The position numbers and the translations under genes were made by a program. Of a DNA stretch of 64,000 nt, positions 37,695-47,482 are shown one piece after another. The notes under the pieces were generated by a model that worked only from the letters and a program-made list of their open reading frames with translations, was not told the origin of the DNA and did not search any database. How positions within the stretch are numbered: position 1 is the first letter of the stretch; the number at the start of each line of letters is the position of its first letter. Origin of the DNA: a virus (lineage: Duplodnaviria; Caudoviricetes). The DNA lies in the IMG/VR virus record IMGVR_UViG_3300009129_001428, positions 1 to 64,000 of that record; one strand, given 5' to 3'.

Positions 37695-38754
37695 CCTTTT
37701 TATTCCAATGAGGGCACCCCCCATAGTCTCTTACCTCTATCGTATCTCCATCCTCTTTCATGCTCTCTAGGGATTTGGAGTTGTCTAAAAAAGCGCCTTT
37801 TTTAACCTCCCCGTCCTGATTTAGTAAAACATAATAAGACATTGGCCTTCTAAATGGGCAGATAAAAGCTGGCACCTTGTCTCCATTCTCGTCCAGAAGG
37901 GGCTCTCCTCTATATTTTTTAAATCCCTCTCTTCCGCAAGAGAGCGGCCCTCCAAAAGACCCATCTGAGGGGTAGGGTTTTGTCGCTGCAAAATTAGACC
38001 TAGCTTTTTCTTCTGAAAAGTCATTTAAATATTTAGAAAGCTCTGTGAGGTGATACTCAAACCCTTCCAGCTCTTCATCTGAAATCGTCTCCATCCTCAG
38101 AAAACCTTTTTGAGGCTTTCCTAGGAGGTCCTCTCCAAGTGGAAATCTTAAAAACAAAAACTCAGAATTGCGAGTCTTGCAGTGTGGATACATCTTTTTC
38201 ACGGCTAAAGAATACATCAAGTCTTGTAGGTTGTCTGTCGCATCCTTACCTTTAAAAACCTGCTTACTGGTTTTAAAATCTCTAATAGTCGCACTATCCT
38301 TATAAAGAAATAACTTATCTATAAAACCTTTAATTCTATATCTCTTATCTCCCTCATCAACAACAAGATCAAAATCCTGCTCCGAGATTGCTTCTTTAGG
38401 TTTCTCTTTTCTGTCTCCAAAAAAATCAAACTCGAGACCCTTAAGCATCATTTCATCCATGTCCACTAGAGCTCCCTCGTAATTCACCCCAAGTTTATCT
38501 GCATGGATTTCTACTAGACGTTTAAGGCTGTCAGACGTGTAAACAGAGCCGCTTTTTAAAGCTTTTTTAAGATGCTTCTTGTGTCGGTCGTCCCCAAGTA
38601 GTTCAAAAACCAAATGACAAATCCAGCCTTTAGACGCCCCTTCATTGGTCGACTCTGGGAGTTTTAATACATATTTACAAAAATATGTCCAACTACAATT
38701 CTGTGCCGTCTTAATTCTGCTAGCAGAAAGCGGAGTTAGTTTATCATCAATCAT
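37678..38754 (-). CDS. PD-(D/E)XK (RecB/Cas4-like) exonuclease
   Basis: LSASRIK..NC, GFIDKL, IRDFKTSK, QDLMY, C-terminal Cys cluster (CGR, CPF, CPH). Confidence 0.85.
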   Translation of the reverse strand: MIDDKLTPLSASRIKTAQNCSWTYFCKYVLKLPESTNEGASKGWICHLVFELLGDDRHKKHLKKALKSGSVYTSDSLKRLVEIHADKLGVNYEGALVDMDEMMLKGLEFDFFGDRKEKPKEAISEQDFDLVVDEGDKRYRIKGFIDKLFLYKDSATIRDFKTSKQVFKGKDATDNLQDLMYSLAVKKMYPHCKTRNSEFLFLRFPLGEDLLGKPQKGFLRMETISDEELEGFEYHLTELSKYLNDFSEEKARSNFAATKPYPSDGSFGGPLSCGREGFKKYRGEPLLDENGDKVPAFICPFRRPMSYYVLLNQDGEVKKGAFLDNSKSLESMKEDGDTIEVRDYGGCPHWNKKDEFDL

Positions 38755-39793
38755 TGATATAATTAAGGTTTTTCATAATATTTTTAGATAGCTTCCCTTT
38801 TTTAAATAAAAGTTTCGCCTGAGAAATAATGTGAAATTTTTGAGCAAGCTGATCTAGGTCATTAAGCTTCCTCTTCCAGATAGCAAAGTCATCAGCGTCC
38901 ATATCTCCAAAATCGTTTTTAGTAGGCAAGCAAATCTTTAAGACATGCTGGTCGAAGTGCCCTAATAATTTAAGATAATTTTTTACTGAAGCATTTAAGC
39001 CGCGATTATCTTCCTTATTGCTATCATTATTAAACGACAAAACAATTTCATTTAACTCAATCGCAGAAAGAAAACAAATTAAAGCAGGGGAGACGTCCAG
39101 GCCAAACGTAACTAATACATTTCTTATGCCATCTTCATGTAGCGCAAGCAAATCTCCTACGCTTTCTACTAAAATAACGGACTGGGCCTCTCTAATTAAA
39201 TCAGCGATACTCTCTCCATCGCCGTCCTGAAGGTAGGCGGGGTAAATCCAGTTAGACTTCCTACCGATATGTTTCCATTTTGGCCTATTATCGGAACTTA
39301 TCATATCTCGGCCCGCAAACCCATGTATTTGCTGGTGAATGTTAAATATAGGAAAAACAAACCGCTTATTCATTTGGCCATAGGTCGCAAAGCCTCCCTT
39401 GAAAAATTTCAAAATAGAATTGGATATGCCTCTATCATTATAAAATTTATAGTGAGGCAGCAGTCTGTCTAGAATTTCTTGATCAAATATTTCTTCCATC
39501 TCTAATTTTTTGCTAGGTTGTCTTCTGTTTTCTAGAGAATCAAAATCCCCTTCTTTTAAATATTTTTTAAGAACTGATTTGTTGTTCGTCCCTAAGGTTT
39601 TGGTCACCAAAGCCTCGAACTTCATAAATTTCGTATCTTGTACATGATCTTTCCATACTCCAGTATCTTTATATATTTGGAGCGCGGTTTTATTGTCTCC
39701 ATCTCTGAACATGGCATTAGTCTGCCAGTATTGACCTCTGTCGCTAAGTTTATAGCCTAATGACTCTAATACCTCTTTTACGTCAACGCTCAT
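38747..39793 (-). CDS. dnaG: DnaG-type DNA primase (TOPRIM)
   Basis: RFVFPI, GFAGR, ILVESVGDLL, SFNND, NDFGD. Confidence 0.85.
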   Translation of the reverse strand: MSVDVKEVLESLGYKLSDRGQYWQTNAMFRDGDNKTALQIYKDTGVWKDHVQDTKFMKFEALVTKTLGTNNKSVLKKYLKEGDFDSLENRRQPSKKLEMEEIFDQEILDRLLPHYKFYNDRGISNSILKFFKGGFATYGQMNKRFVFPIFNIHQQIHGFAGRDMISSDNRPKWKHIGRKSNWIYPAYLQDGDGESIADLIREAQSVILVESVGDLLALHEDGIRNVLVTFGLDVSPALICFLSAIELNEIVLSFNNDSNKEDNRGLNASVKNYLKLLGHFDQHVLKICLPTKNDFGDMDADDFAIWKRKLNDLDQLAQKFHIISQAKLLFKKGKLSKNIMKNLNYIND

Positions 39794-41304
39794 AGCTCAT
39801 CGGGGAAATTATCCAAATCTGTCTGAGCGGGGCGCACATTGCCTAGGTTTATGCTGTCTACTAGGTCTTGAAGATCGCCGCATTCTTCTATACCAAAATT
39901 TTCCATATTTAAATTAATAAAATTGTTCCGCTTAGACCCGTCTGGCATTTCAACAGGGGTAATTGCTCGATGGAAATCAGAACCTAAATGCCTAGACTTT
40001 AAACATGACAGCTGGTGCGTCCCGAAGCCCTCTGGCTCTTCTTGAATCTGATCTAGTGTTTTTCTGCGCAAATGAAACATATGAGAACAATATTGAATGA
40101 TTCTATCTGACAGGGATACCACGCTCTCATCGTCAACTGTATTCTCAGCCCTGCGATTAGTGGTAATCCCATAGCGATTGCTCTGGACACTAGTAATCAT
40201 AGAGATCACGGGGCCATCATCACCCAATATTTCTTTTTGAATTAAGTTTTTAAACTGGGTAATCATATCTCCTACAACTTGCCATTCACTTTGGTTTTTG
40301 CTCTGAGTTTGATCCGTTGTTTTAATGTAGTCAAAGCTAAAAATCATAGGATTCCCTCTTCCTACTGAAGAGTAATAAAAACGGCGAATAACATTCGTCA
40401 TTTCATCCACCGTTAAGCCAGCAACATTATAATAATAAAATTTAAAATCCTTAATCTGCTTCCATACCTGCCTTATTTTAGCTACGAAACTTGCGTTCTT
40501 TCTCCAAAGGCCCGTTTCTAAATAATGAATTGGAACTTTCGCTAAAGTGGCGCACTGTCTCATAGTGAGCTCTTCTTGTGACATTTCGCCGTTATCAAAG
40601 TGGAGCACTGGGACATTATCGTATTTTTTGGAAACCTTACTGGCGAAATCCAAACAAAAAGTCGTTTTCCCTACTCCAGATCTTGCAACTACTACAGAAA
40701 TATTTCCTGGCCGCAATAACGAGCCATACTGTTCATTCAGTCTCTCGTGGGGTCCCATAAAACCAAATTCAGTTTTAGGGTTGTCTCCACGATCCTCAAT
40801 AATCCCCTCCATTGATTGATAGAGGTTCTGAGGGCAATCATTTGCGTGGTAAAGGTCTACCTGCCTATTATAAATAGTGTCTGCGTGCTGAATGATTTCC
40901 TCAAAAGAATGATTAGCCCCTAAGGTCTTCATTTTTTGCGCGACCTTCACTGCTGCATCATAAATAGAACGCCTAACGCTTACCTTTTTCAGTTCTTTAG
41001 CGGCGTTTATGGTGCCTTCTGGTGAAATTTTCCTTAAACCTAAGGAGGCTATGTATTGGCCAACGTCTATATTGTCTTCGAAGGAAATATTAAAGTCTTT
41101 TACTTTTTGAGCTATTACTACCTCATCTATACTCTCTCCCTTGTCGATGCAATTTTTTAATATCTTGAAGATAGTTGCGTGTACTTGGGTGCTTTGAGTT
41201 GAAAAATCTTCCGCGTTTACAAACGGTGCGATCTGCCCATATGTAGATGGGTGTTTTATAAGGCCAGCAAGTAAATGCCGCTCAAGCTCTTTAGATTCGA
41301 TCAT
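39790..41304 (-). CDS. dnaB: DnaB-like replicative helicase
   Basis: ARSGVGKT, GEMS, FDYI, QSNR, SDRI, LKSRH. Confidence 0.92.
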   Translation of the reverse strand: MIESKELERHLLAGLIKHPSTYGQIAPFVNAEDFSTQSTQVHATIFKILKNCIDKGESIDEVVIAQKVKDFNISFEDNIDVGQYIASLGLRKISPEGTINAAKELKKVSVRRSIYDAAVKVAQKMKTLGANHSFEEIIQHADTIYNRQVDLYHANDCPQNLYQSMEGIIEDRGDNPKTEFGFMGPHERLNEQYGSLLRPGNISVVVARSGVGKTTFCLDFASKVSKKYDNVPVLHFDNGEMSQEELTMRQCATLAKVPIHYLETGLWRKNASFVAKIRQVWKQIKDFKFYYYNVAGLTVDEMTNVIRRFYYSSVGRGNPMIFSFDYIKTTDQTQSKNQSEWQVVGDMITQFKNLIQKEILGDDGPVISMITSVQSNRYGITTNRRAENTVDDESVVSLSDRIIQYCSHMFHLRRKTLDQIQEEPEGFGTHQLSCLKSRHLGSDFHRAITPVEMPDGSKRNNFINLNMENFGIEECGDLQDLVDSINLGNVRPAQTDLDNFPDEL

Positions 41305-41309
41305 GCCTA

Positions 41310-41338
41310 ATGATACTACATCAACAGCATCCTGTCAA
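41310..41338 (-). promoter_or_regulatory. Sigma70-type promoter for dnaB, leaderless
   Basis: TTGACA-17-TATCAT, then 5 nt to ATG. Confidence 0.75.
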
Positions 41339-41347
41339 GGAGAATAC

Positions 41348-41647
41348 TTATCCCTGCAAGCCTTCGTCTTCGTCGTCCCTGTCAATAATGTCGTCTTGCT
41401 CTATAAAGCCTAAACCCCCAAGGCCTTGCGCCTCGGCCTCTTCGAGGTAACACTCCGTAGCTTTCCTGAGCCCCATCTCGATAATCTTGCCGCTAGCCTT
41501 CATAAATATCACAGGGTTACCTTCTTGCGTTAAATATGCTACTAGCACCCCTTTTCCTACATCGTGGTTACCCGAAAGATCAAAGATTTTCTCCAACAAA
41601 TTCGTTGGCATTTTAAATTCGGGTAAGTTTTCTGGATCGAACTTCAT
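41348..41647 (-). CDS. Hypothetical protein
   Basis: AGTGTAA motif 9 nt upstream; acidic tail. Confidence 0.65.
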   Translation of the reverse strand: MKFDPENLPEFKMPTNLLEKIFDLSGNHDVGKGVLVAYLTQEGNPVIFMKASGKIIEMGLRKATECYLEEAEAQGLGGLGFIEQDDIIDRDDEDEGLQG

Positions 41648-41665
41648 ATATTTATATTACACTGT

Positions 41666-42076
41666 TTATAGTAAAACTCCTATTTTTTTGAAATAATCTT
41701 TAGTCAACTCGTCAATAGAATATATCTCTATCAAGCGAATGTCATTCAAGTCGCAAAAGGACTGTTTATCTTGGTCTCTGCGCAGTTGGTTTATGTAGTT
41801 ATATTTATTGTTCCCGTGAAAAAAGGGAGTATATTCTGTGTGCTGCCTGCCTTGGACCTCTATTGCGATTTTCTTGTTTGCATTATAGAAATCTAAAGAC
41901 ATTTTTGTGCCTGCGACTGGGAACTCTTCAAAAACTACGTGTTTTTGCCAAAAGTCTTTTAAAAAATCTTTCGTAGCTTTTTGTATCTTGCTTCTGCTCT
42001 TTGCCTCCCAGTTGATGAGGTATTTCTTCGCCCTTGGGACACTGCGGGTTGCCCCCATCAGGGTTATGAACTTCAT
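41666..42076 (-). CDS. DUF559/Vsr-like endonuclease
   Basis: EEFP...LDFY...IAIEVQGRQH...D..K...C..N.I.LIEI. Confidence 0.8.
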   Translation of the reverse strand: MKFITLMGATRSVPRAKKYLINWEAKSRSKIQKATKDFLKDFWQKHVVFEEFPVAGTKMSLDFYNANKKIAIEVQGRQHTEYTPFFHGNNKYNYINQLRRDQDKQSFCDLNDIRLIEIYSIDELTKDYFKKIGVLL

Positions 42077-43167
42077 TTGATTGTTTTAACCTCTTCTTTA
42101 ATTAACTCGAGAAGAAACTGACAAAAATCTGTATTATTTTCTAAAAAATCTATGAGCTTCTGCTCTCCTTGAATCTTCTCAAAGAACTCGACCTTGGCTT
42201 TTTTGCATCTCTGCACAATTTCTTTATCTAGGGAAATCCATGCGCCCTTTTTTTCCAGAAAGCCCCATATGTAGCACATGTCTATTACTTCCTTTTCTAG
42301 CCAGACTGATTTACCGTTTGTCCTCCCGTACCGAATCGGGTATCTTACCGACGCTCCTGTCTTCTCGTTTACGCTTTTCCTAAAAACAATCTTACAGATA
42401 TGCCCAATTGGGCTCCCCTTGTCTTCTAGCTTTGCCGCAGTTGGGTTCTCAAATAAAATGTCACTATTATAACGATCTTGAAACTCAAGAATAAAATTCG
42501 CATAGTGTTTAATCGCATTGCCCCCTGCTTGTTTGGTCTTTGGCCCTCCTCTAGCCGCATATGGATTCGTTGCTACTTCTACTCTCACTTGAGAGGTTAG
42601 GATCATCATGTGGTTTAATTTAATAATAGGCAAGACCATCTTCTTTAAAAAGACAGATGTTATTAAGGCTCCTCCTGCGACTTGTTCGCTGTCTTCAAAA
42701 GGCTTTTCGTAGTCATTTTGTCTACATAGTGCATCAACGCTGTCTACGATAAACATATACTTCTTGTCGTCCTCATTTTCTTTAACCAACATTCTAATAA
42801 GTTCAAAAACTTTTTCAAAAACATTACAATCAAACTTGAAGAATCTTTCTTCGCTCGAGTCCACTCCCGAGCGAGCTACCATTTCATTACTGAGCCGACC
42901 CTCGCTCTTGATGTATACAACCATAGCTTTCTCGCCAAAGTGATCCTGAAAGTTCTTCGCTACGGCAAGAGCGCAAGACGTCTTTCCTCCTTCGTTTACT
43001 CCTGTAAAACGATGTACTCCCGCTGGAAATCCCCCTCCTAGGGACAAATCTAAATTAAGGCTGCCCGTTGGGATTTTATAGTCTAGCTCCTTATAGTCAT
43101 TATAATGGAAGTTCTTGTTATTCTTGTCGCTAAGAAACGCTTTTATTTGCTCTAATGTTCCACTCAT
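42073..43167 (-). CDS. recA: RecA/UvsX-like recombinase
   Basis: TGSLNLDLSLGGG, GVNEGGKT, IVDSVDAL, TSQVR, AGGNAIKHYA, GAW; start refined to MSGTL. Confidence 0.9.
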   Translation of the reverse strand: MSGTLEQIKAFLSDKNNKNFHYNDYKELDYKIPTGSLNLDLSLGGGFPAGVHRFTGVNEGGKTSCALAVAKNFQDHFGEKAMVVYIKSEGRLSNEMVARSGVDSSEERFFKFDCNVFEKVFELIRMLVKENEDDKKYMFIVDSVDALCRQNDYEKPFEDSEQVAGGALITSVFLKKMVLPIIKLNHMMILTSQVRVEVATNPYAARGGPKTKQAGGNAIKHYANFILEFQDRYNSDILFENPTAAKLEDKGSPIGHICKIVFRKSVNEKTGASVRYPIRYGRTNGKSVWLEKEVIDMCYIWGFLEKKGAWISLDKEIVQRCKKAKVEFFEKIQGEQKLIDFLENNTDFCQFLLELIKEEVKTIK

Positions 43168-43168
43168 T

Positions 43169-43510
43169 TTATTCTGATAAGAAATCGCTGATTGTTCTCT
43201 CTGTTTTTTTAATATTTGCATCTTGTCCTATTTTTTGTTCTTCTAGTTGTGGCGCGGAATACTTTGGCACCACATAGTTATAATCTAAATACTTTTTCTT
43301 TACAAACTTTTTCCAGTTGGGGCTAGCTAATATAGCTAGGCTATCAAACTTTTGATAAAAATCTACAACGCTCCAAAAGCATTGGTCTGGAAATTCCTTG
43401 AGGAATCTATTCAGAAGCGTCATTTCTTTTTTCCAGAAAGCCCTCTTATTGGCTTTTGGTTCATTAATATGCCTCTGTATTATTTGTCTTTTATTTAAGC
43501 ACTTCTTCAT
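43169..43510 (-). CDS. Hypothetical protein
   Basis: Start refined to MKKCL because the longer track ORF runs into the tmRNA; promoter TTGACT-17-TATCCT at 43554-43582. Confidence 0.6.
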   Translation of the reverse strand: MKKCLNKRQIIQRHINEPKANKRAFWKKEMTLLNRFLKEFPDQCFWSVVDFYQKFDSLAILASPNWKKFVKKKYLDYNYVVPKYSAPQLEEQKIGQDANIKKTERTISDFLSE

Positions 43511-43590
43511 GTATGTCGTCCACTGTCCTCTCGCTTCGTTTTTTATTTTTTTTAGGATATACGATATTCCCGAAAAAGTCAAGAAGGAAA

Positions 43591-44024
43591 TGGTGGAGAT
43601 GGCGGGAGTCGAACCCGCGTCCTTGTATAGATCCATAATCTATCTCGTTACAAGTTTGTCCTGCTTTTTTATGTTGTTGCAAACTCAACATTCAATTTCA
43701 TTTATTTGCCTCCGAATACTCAGCGGACTACAGTTTGTGAATATGAATAACTTTTTCTGTTTTCTGCAGATGTCGTCCTCGCATTCCTTTATCTGCGTCC
43801 CAGATGCAAGGGGTAGCTTATGCTACAGCAGCCAGCTGACGCGCAACACTCTTACGAGCAGCAACCTTGCGGGTTGCAACCTTCTTAGAAGGATTGAAGC
43901 GGTCAAGCAGACCATTTACAAGTTTAGATTTGGCACTTATATAAGCCTTGGGCTTTTTAAGGAGCCAGCCCACTCCTACTTGCAATAAAAAATTTAGCTA
44001 ACAAGTCGAATCCTTGTCATCCCC
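43591..44024 (-). ncRNA. ssrA: tmRNA, one-piece, 434 nt
   Basis: 5' GGGGATGACAAGGATTCGAC; 3' GCGGGTTCGACTCCCGCCATCTCCACCA; acceptor stem with G3-U70; pseudoknot 1 at 43949-43977; resume context TAAGT-GCC; tag frame 43934-43818. Confidence 0.96.
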
Positions 44025-44046
44025 ATATCAAATAACTAAAGTTAGT

Positions 44047-44053
44047 TTACACT
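44047..44053 (-). promoter_or_regulatory. AGTGTAA motif upstream of tmRNA
   Basis: 22 nt upstream of the mature 5' G. Confidence 0.55.
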
Positions 44054-44055
44054 AA

Positions 44056-44979
44056 TCACTTAGCTTTGTCAAGCTTGCGTTCTGTTTTAATTAGAAAAGG
44101 ATACTTGCTCACTTCTGTGCCCCCGCCCTCTCCCGCGTCGCTGATCCCGCTTTTAATTCCACTATCTTCTACCGCAATCTTTTTAAGGTTCTTTAGGGAG
44201 GGCGCTTCAATATTAGGGTCAATAGCCCATAGTACATCGTTTTCTTTCGCCCAGCGCTTCATCCGCCGAATTGGAACTGTTAAATTAAAACCTTCTCCTG
44301 CTCCGCGCACAAGCATACCCACATAGCGGCCGTCTGTAAGAAAAACCCCGCCTCCTGAGGAGCCTGGGAATGCGGTCACTGTAGTTTGGTCGTACTCTTG
44401 CTTGCCATGAATCCTGCCGACTTGCGACACAATGCCCGTGGTCATAGAGTTCGCTCCCATCTGGCCCAATAAAGACCCTACATGGAAAAGGCTTGTGCCA
44501 ATAGGGACAATAGCATCGTCTGCATTAAGATAAAATCGCGCGCTTTCCTTAGAGTAGTCCTTGGCTCGTACCATAAGCAATGCAAGATCATGGCCGTCAT
44601 CAGCATTAGAATATTTAATAACCATTGCATCCATTTTGATTTCGCCCACACGCCTTCCTTCAGAGACAAGTTCCTTTACTATCTGTGCGTCCTGAAACTC
44701 TACTACTTTACGAGGGCGCCCGCTCTCGTCAATTACATCTCGTACAGTTCGAAGGTTATCGACTACATGGGCCGCCGTCCACACAAAAGTGACCTCGCTC
44801 CCCTCGATTTCTCTAACGATCAACACCCCTGACCCCTCGGACTTGCTCCACTTCCCTTCGGATTTAATAGTAACCGAAATGTCCTGAAGAAAATTGGCAA
44901 CACGCTTTCTGTTCTTCAAGTCTTCTGAAAAGGTGGGGGTTGCAACTAAAAATGCCAAGAATAATGTAATGTACTTCAT
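44056..44979 (-). CDS. Secreted trypsin-like (S1) serine protease
   Basis: Signal peptide; GSGVLI, WTAAHVV (His), HDLALL (Asp), PGSSGGGVF (Ser). Confidence 0.88.
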   Translation of the reverse strand: MKYITLFLAFLVATPTFSEDLKNRKRVANFLQDISVTIKSEGKWSKSEGSGVLIVREIEGSEVTFVWTAAHVVDNLRTVRDVIDESGRPRKVVEFQDAQIVKELVSEGRRVGEIKMDAMVIKYSNADDGHDLALLMVRAKDYSKESARFYLNADDAIVPIGTSLFHVGSLLGQMGANSMTTGIVSQVGRIHGKQEYDQTTVTAFPGSSGGGVFLTDGRYVGMLVRGAGEGFNLTVPIRRMKRWAKENDVLWAIDPNIEAPSLKNLKKIAVEDSGIKSGISDAGEGGGTEVSKYPFLIKTERKLDKAK

Positions 44980-45009
44980 GCTTTATGATATGTGAGGGTT
45001 TCGCTATTT

Positions 45010-46545
45010 TCAAAACTTTTCTATTTTTGTTTTTATACTAGAAACAATTCTTTTAAAAGTGGAGGCTCCTGCGGCTTTATTTTCTTGAGACAACTTTCTG
45101 TTTGCTGAAATTTTTCTATAATTATCTCTGATCAAACCTCTGGTTTTTCTTAATCCCGACTTAGCTTGATATAAAAAACTATTTAGCTTTTGGTTTTGGC
45201 GATATAACTCAGTAGGCTCCTGATTATTTATTTTTTTTTTATCGTTTTCGTAAAAGTCTATAATGCCTTTGATCTCGTCTTTAGTGGGAAAGTCTTCGAT
45301 GTTAGGCGCTCCTTCGCTTAATTCGTTAAGCTGTGAATGGACCGTCTCCAGTTCTTCGATTGGCGCAAAGTCTTTACGGTTCTGGAGCTCCGTAATTTTT
45401 GACTCTAGGTCATCTACTTTTTTAAAAAAAGAATCTATATCAAAATCTTTAACTTTTTCATATAGTCGTGTTTGTGTTTTTTTATTAAGAACCGCACGCA
45501 ATCCTGAAACCCCCGCAAGAACTAATAGTACTGCTAAGGGATCGAAGACAAAAATCAATACAATTATTATAATTCTTACCGCTTTATCTAAAGCTATCTC
45601 GCTTGCTCCTAGGTCTTCAAATAATTTAGCAATGTACTTAACTGGCCCGACTTCTGCCTCTAGCGTACGAACCTTCTCGTCAAAAGTAATTTTGCTAACT
45701 TCAAGTTGATTAATCTTATCTGTTGCACCATTAATTAGTTCATTGTATTTTTCTATCTCTTCTTTGGCCTCTGAGTGGCCTCCTCCTCTTGCCTGCTGAA
45801 ACTCTGCTATTTTTGTGCGGGATTCTTTAGTCTCTATGTCTGCCTTTTCTCTGTGAGCGCTAATCTTGCCCTCTCCTTCTTTAATGCTAGACTGAATGGA
45901 CACACGCTCTTCTGCTTGCAATTCTTTAAGTGCTTGTAGTTTTTGTTTTTTATTAGAAAATAAACCACCTGATTCCGATTCTAGAGTGGCAACTGCTGTA
46001 TCGAGTTCTCTGCGTCTCTCGGCTAGCTGATCAATTCGATCTTGTTCAAATTGAACGTCTTTATTTAATTGAGAATTTATTTGCTCGATTCTTTTCTCTT
46101 CTCTCTGTATATCAATTAAATTTATATCCTTAGAGGATGTTAATCTTTTTTCTTCTTCAACAATATAAGATTCTTGTCTTGTAATAAATTGTTTCTCGCG
46201 CAAAATTTTCTCGTCTATTTGTTCTACCGCTGCCATTTCTTTTTCTGTCAAATAGCTATGTTCAATATGGGCTTTAGATAGGAACCCGAAAATACCCATA
46301 CTGGTTATAAGCATCAGGACAACCACTGCGGCAGTAAGATAGTACTTCATCAGTCTATTCGCTTCTCTCCAGTTTTGATGAAGCCAAACCGCCGAAACAA
46401 TTTTCCCTACTTCTAATACTGAGCCCATGATAATGACAGACCATGCAGCGCCTGGAAACATGGTAGCTAGCCCTAAAATACTAAAATAAGCACCTGTACC
46501 TGAGATACTTAACGCTGATAATAAAACTATGAAATAAAAAATCAT
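45010..46545 (-). CDS. Multi-pass membrane protein with long coiled coil (conserved in large phages)
   Basis: SISGTGAYFSILGL, SVLEVGKIV, EAEVGPVKYIA, IIIIVLIFVFDPLAVLL; start refined to MIFYF. Confidence 0.75.
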   Translation of the reverse strand: MIFYFIVLLSALSISGTGAYFSILGLATMFPGAAWSVIIMGSVLEVGKIVSAVWLHQNWREANRLMKYYLTAAVVVLMLITSMGIFGFLSKAHIEHSYLTEKEMAAVEQIDEKILREKQFITRQESYIVEEEKRLTSSKDINLIDIQREEKRIEQINSQLNKDVQFEQDRIDQLAERRRELDTAVATLESESGGLFSNKKQKLQALKELQAEERVSIQSSIKEGEGKISAHREKADIETKESRTKIAEFQQARGGGHSEAKEEIEKYNELINGATDKINQLEVSKITFDEKVRTLEAEVGPVKYIAKLFEDLGASEIALDKAVRIIIIVLIFVFDPLAVLLVLAGVSGLRAVLNKKTQTRLYEKVKDFDIDSFFKKVDDLESKITELQNRKDFAPIEELETVHSQLNELSEGAPNIEDFPTKDEIKGIIDFYENDKKKINNQEPTELYRQNQKLNSFLYQAKSGLRKTRGLIRDNYRKISANRKLSQENKAAGASTFKRIVSSIKTKIEKF

Positions 46546-46546
46546 T

Positions 46547-47233
46547 TTATGACAACTTAACAATACACTTTCTGGAGGCGCCCCAATACCAAATCTCCAG
46601 TGGATTGTAAGAAGCGGAGAGAGTAGACCCAGGAACGACACCATTATAAGTGAGGTCAGTACCTGTATTATTTCGCAAATAAAAAGCTCTTTGGTGAGAG
46701 CCTGCTAGATAGTAATAGCTATTGGTCGCTTTAGAAAGATTGCCAGGAACCGCTGCTTTAATGTTGGCCCCATCAAGGTTGCCGCATGGTTCCGTGCAGG
46801 GAGGGCCCCATAGATTAGAAACCAAATCCTCATCGAAATAATCTCCGTCTAGAAAGTCCTCAATCGTAGCAAGGCGCGCAATATTAATTCCCACTCCCGC
46901 ATAATCAGCTATCATTTGGGCTTCAACTGCCGCAGGATCTACGGTTCCCGCCGCATTACCGAACTCATAGCTTGCGCTCGTCACAGCTAAATCTCCATAT
47001 TTTATCGATAAAGCATAAGGAGAGATGGGGCCGTCAGCAAAAAAAGCTACTCCCGAAACGGGACCAACGAAATTCGAGCACTGAATGGGAGAATAAAGCT
47101 CTGTGGGGCCAACGTCGTCAACTTGTACTCCATCTATACTAACCTTTCCCTCTTTGAGTATAGCGGTAATAGATAAAGGTTGGGAGCTCCCAATCCCGCG
47201 AGTCTCATTCAGAGTTGACAAATAGGGCTTCAT
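46547..47233 (-). CDS. Paralog family member 1 (extended, 228 aa)
   Basis: LSITAILKEGKVSIDG..GP.ELYSPIQC shared with the two adjacent genes. Confidence 0.7.
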   Translation of the reverse strand: MKPYLSTLNETRGIGSSQPLSITAILKEGKVSIDGVQVDDVGPTELYSPIQCSNFVGPVSGVAFFADGPISPYALSIKYGDLAVTSASYEFGNAAGTVDPAAVEAQMIADYAGVGINIARLATIEDFLDGDYFDEDLVSNLWGPPCTEPCGNLDGANIKAAVPGNLSKATNSYYYLAGSHQRAFYLRNNTGTDLTYNGVVPGSTLSASYNPLEIWYWGASRKCIVKLS

Positions 47234-47482
47234 TTATAAAAGCGCCGCACCTATGGGCCCCGTTTGAAAGTAAGCAATATGGCCTGCTGAATTTGGGCTA
47301 AAGGAATCACAAATAATCGGAGAGTACAATTCCAGGGGCCCAGGAGAGCCTATGGAAGTCCCATCTATAGAAAGTGATTCTGCTTTTAAGATAGAGGTGA
47401 TGTATAACCTATTGTCGGCACTAGGAGTAACTTCACTATTATCTGCATTGATTTCACTAGGAAAACTATTTGGTTCTGCCAT
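47234..47482 (-). CDS. Paralog family member 2 (82 aa)
   Basis: LYITSILKAESLSIDG..GPLELYSPIICDSF. Confidence 0.7.
   Translation of the reverse strand: MAEPNSFPSEINADNSEVTPSADNRLYITSILKAESLSIDGTSIGSPGPLELYSPIICDSFSPNSAGHIAYFQTGPIGAALL

Noticed and set aside
37678-38754. Cas4-like nuclease as evidence of a CRISPR system
   Set aside because: No repeat-spacer array or other cas genes in the window; it sits in the replication module like ordinary phage RecB-family exonucleases.
43398-43988. 196-aa plus-strand ORF and the 43491..43691 minus-strand ORF in the track
   Set aside because: Both overlie the tmRNA and show no protein motif; most likely shadow frames.
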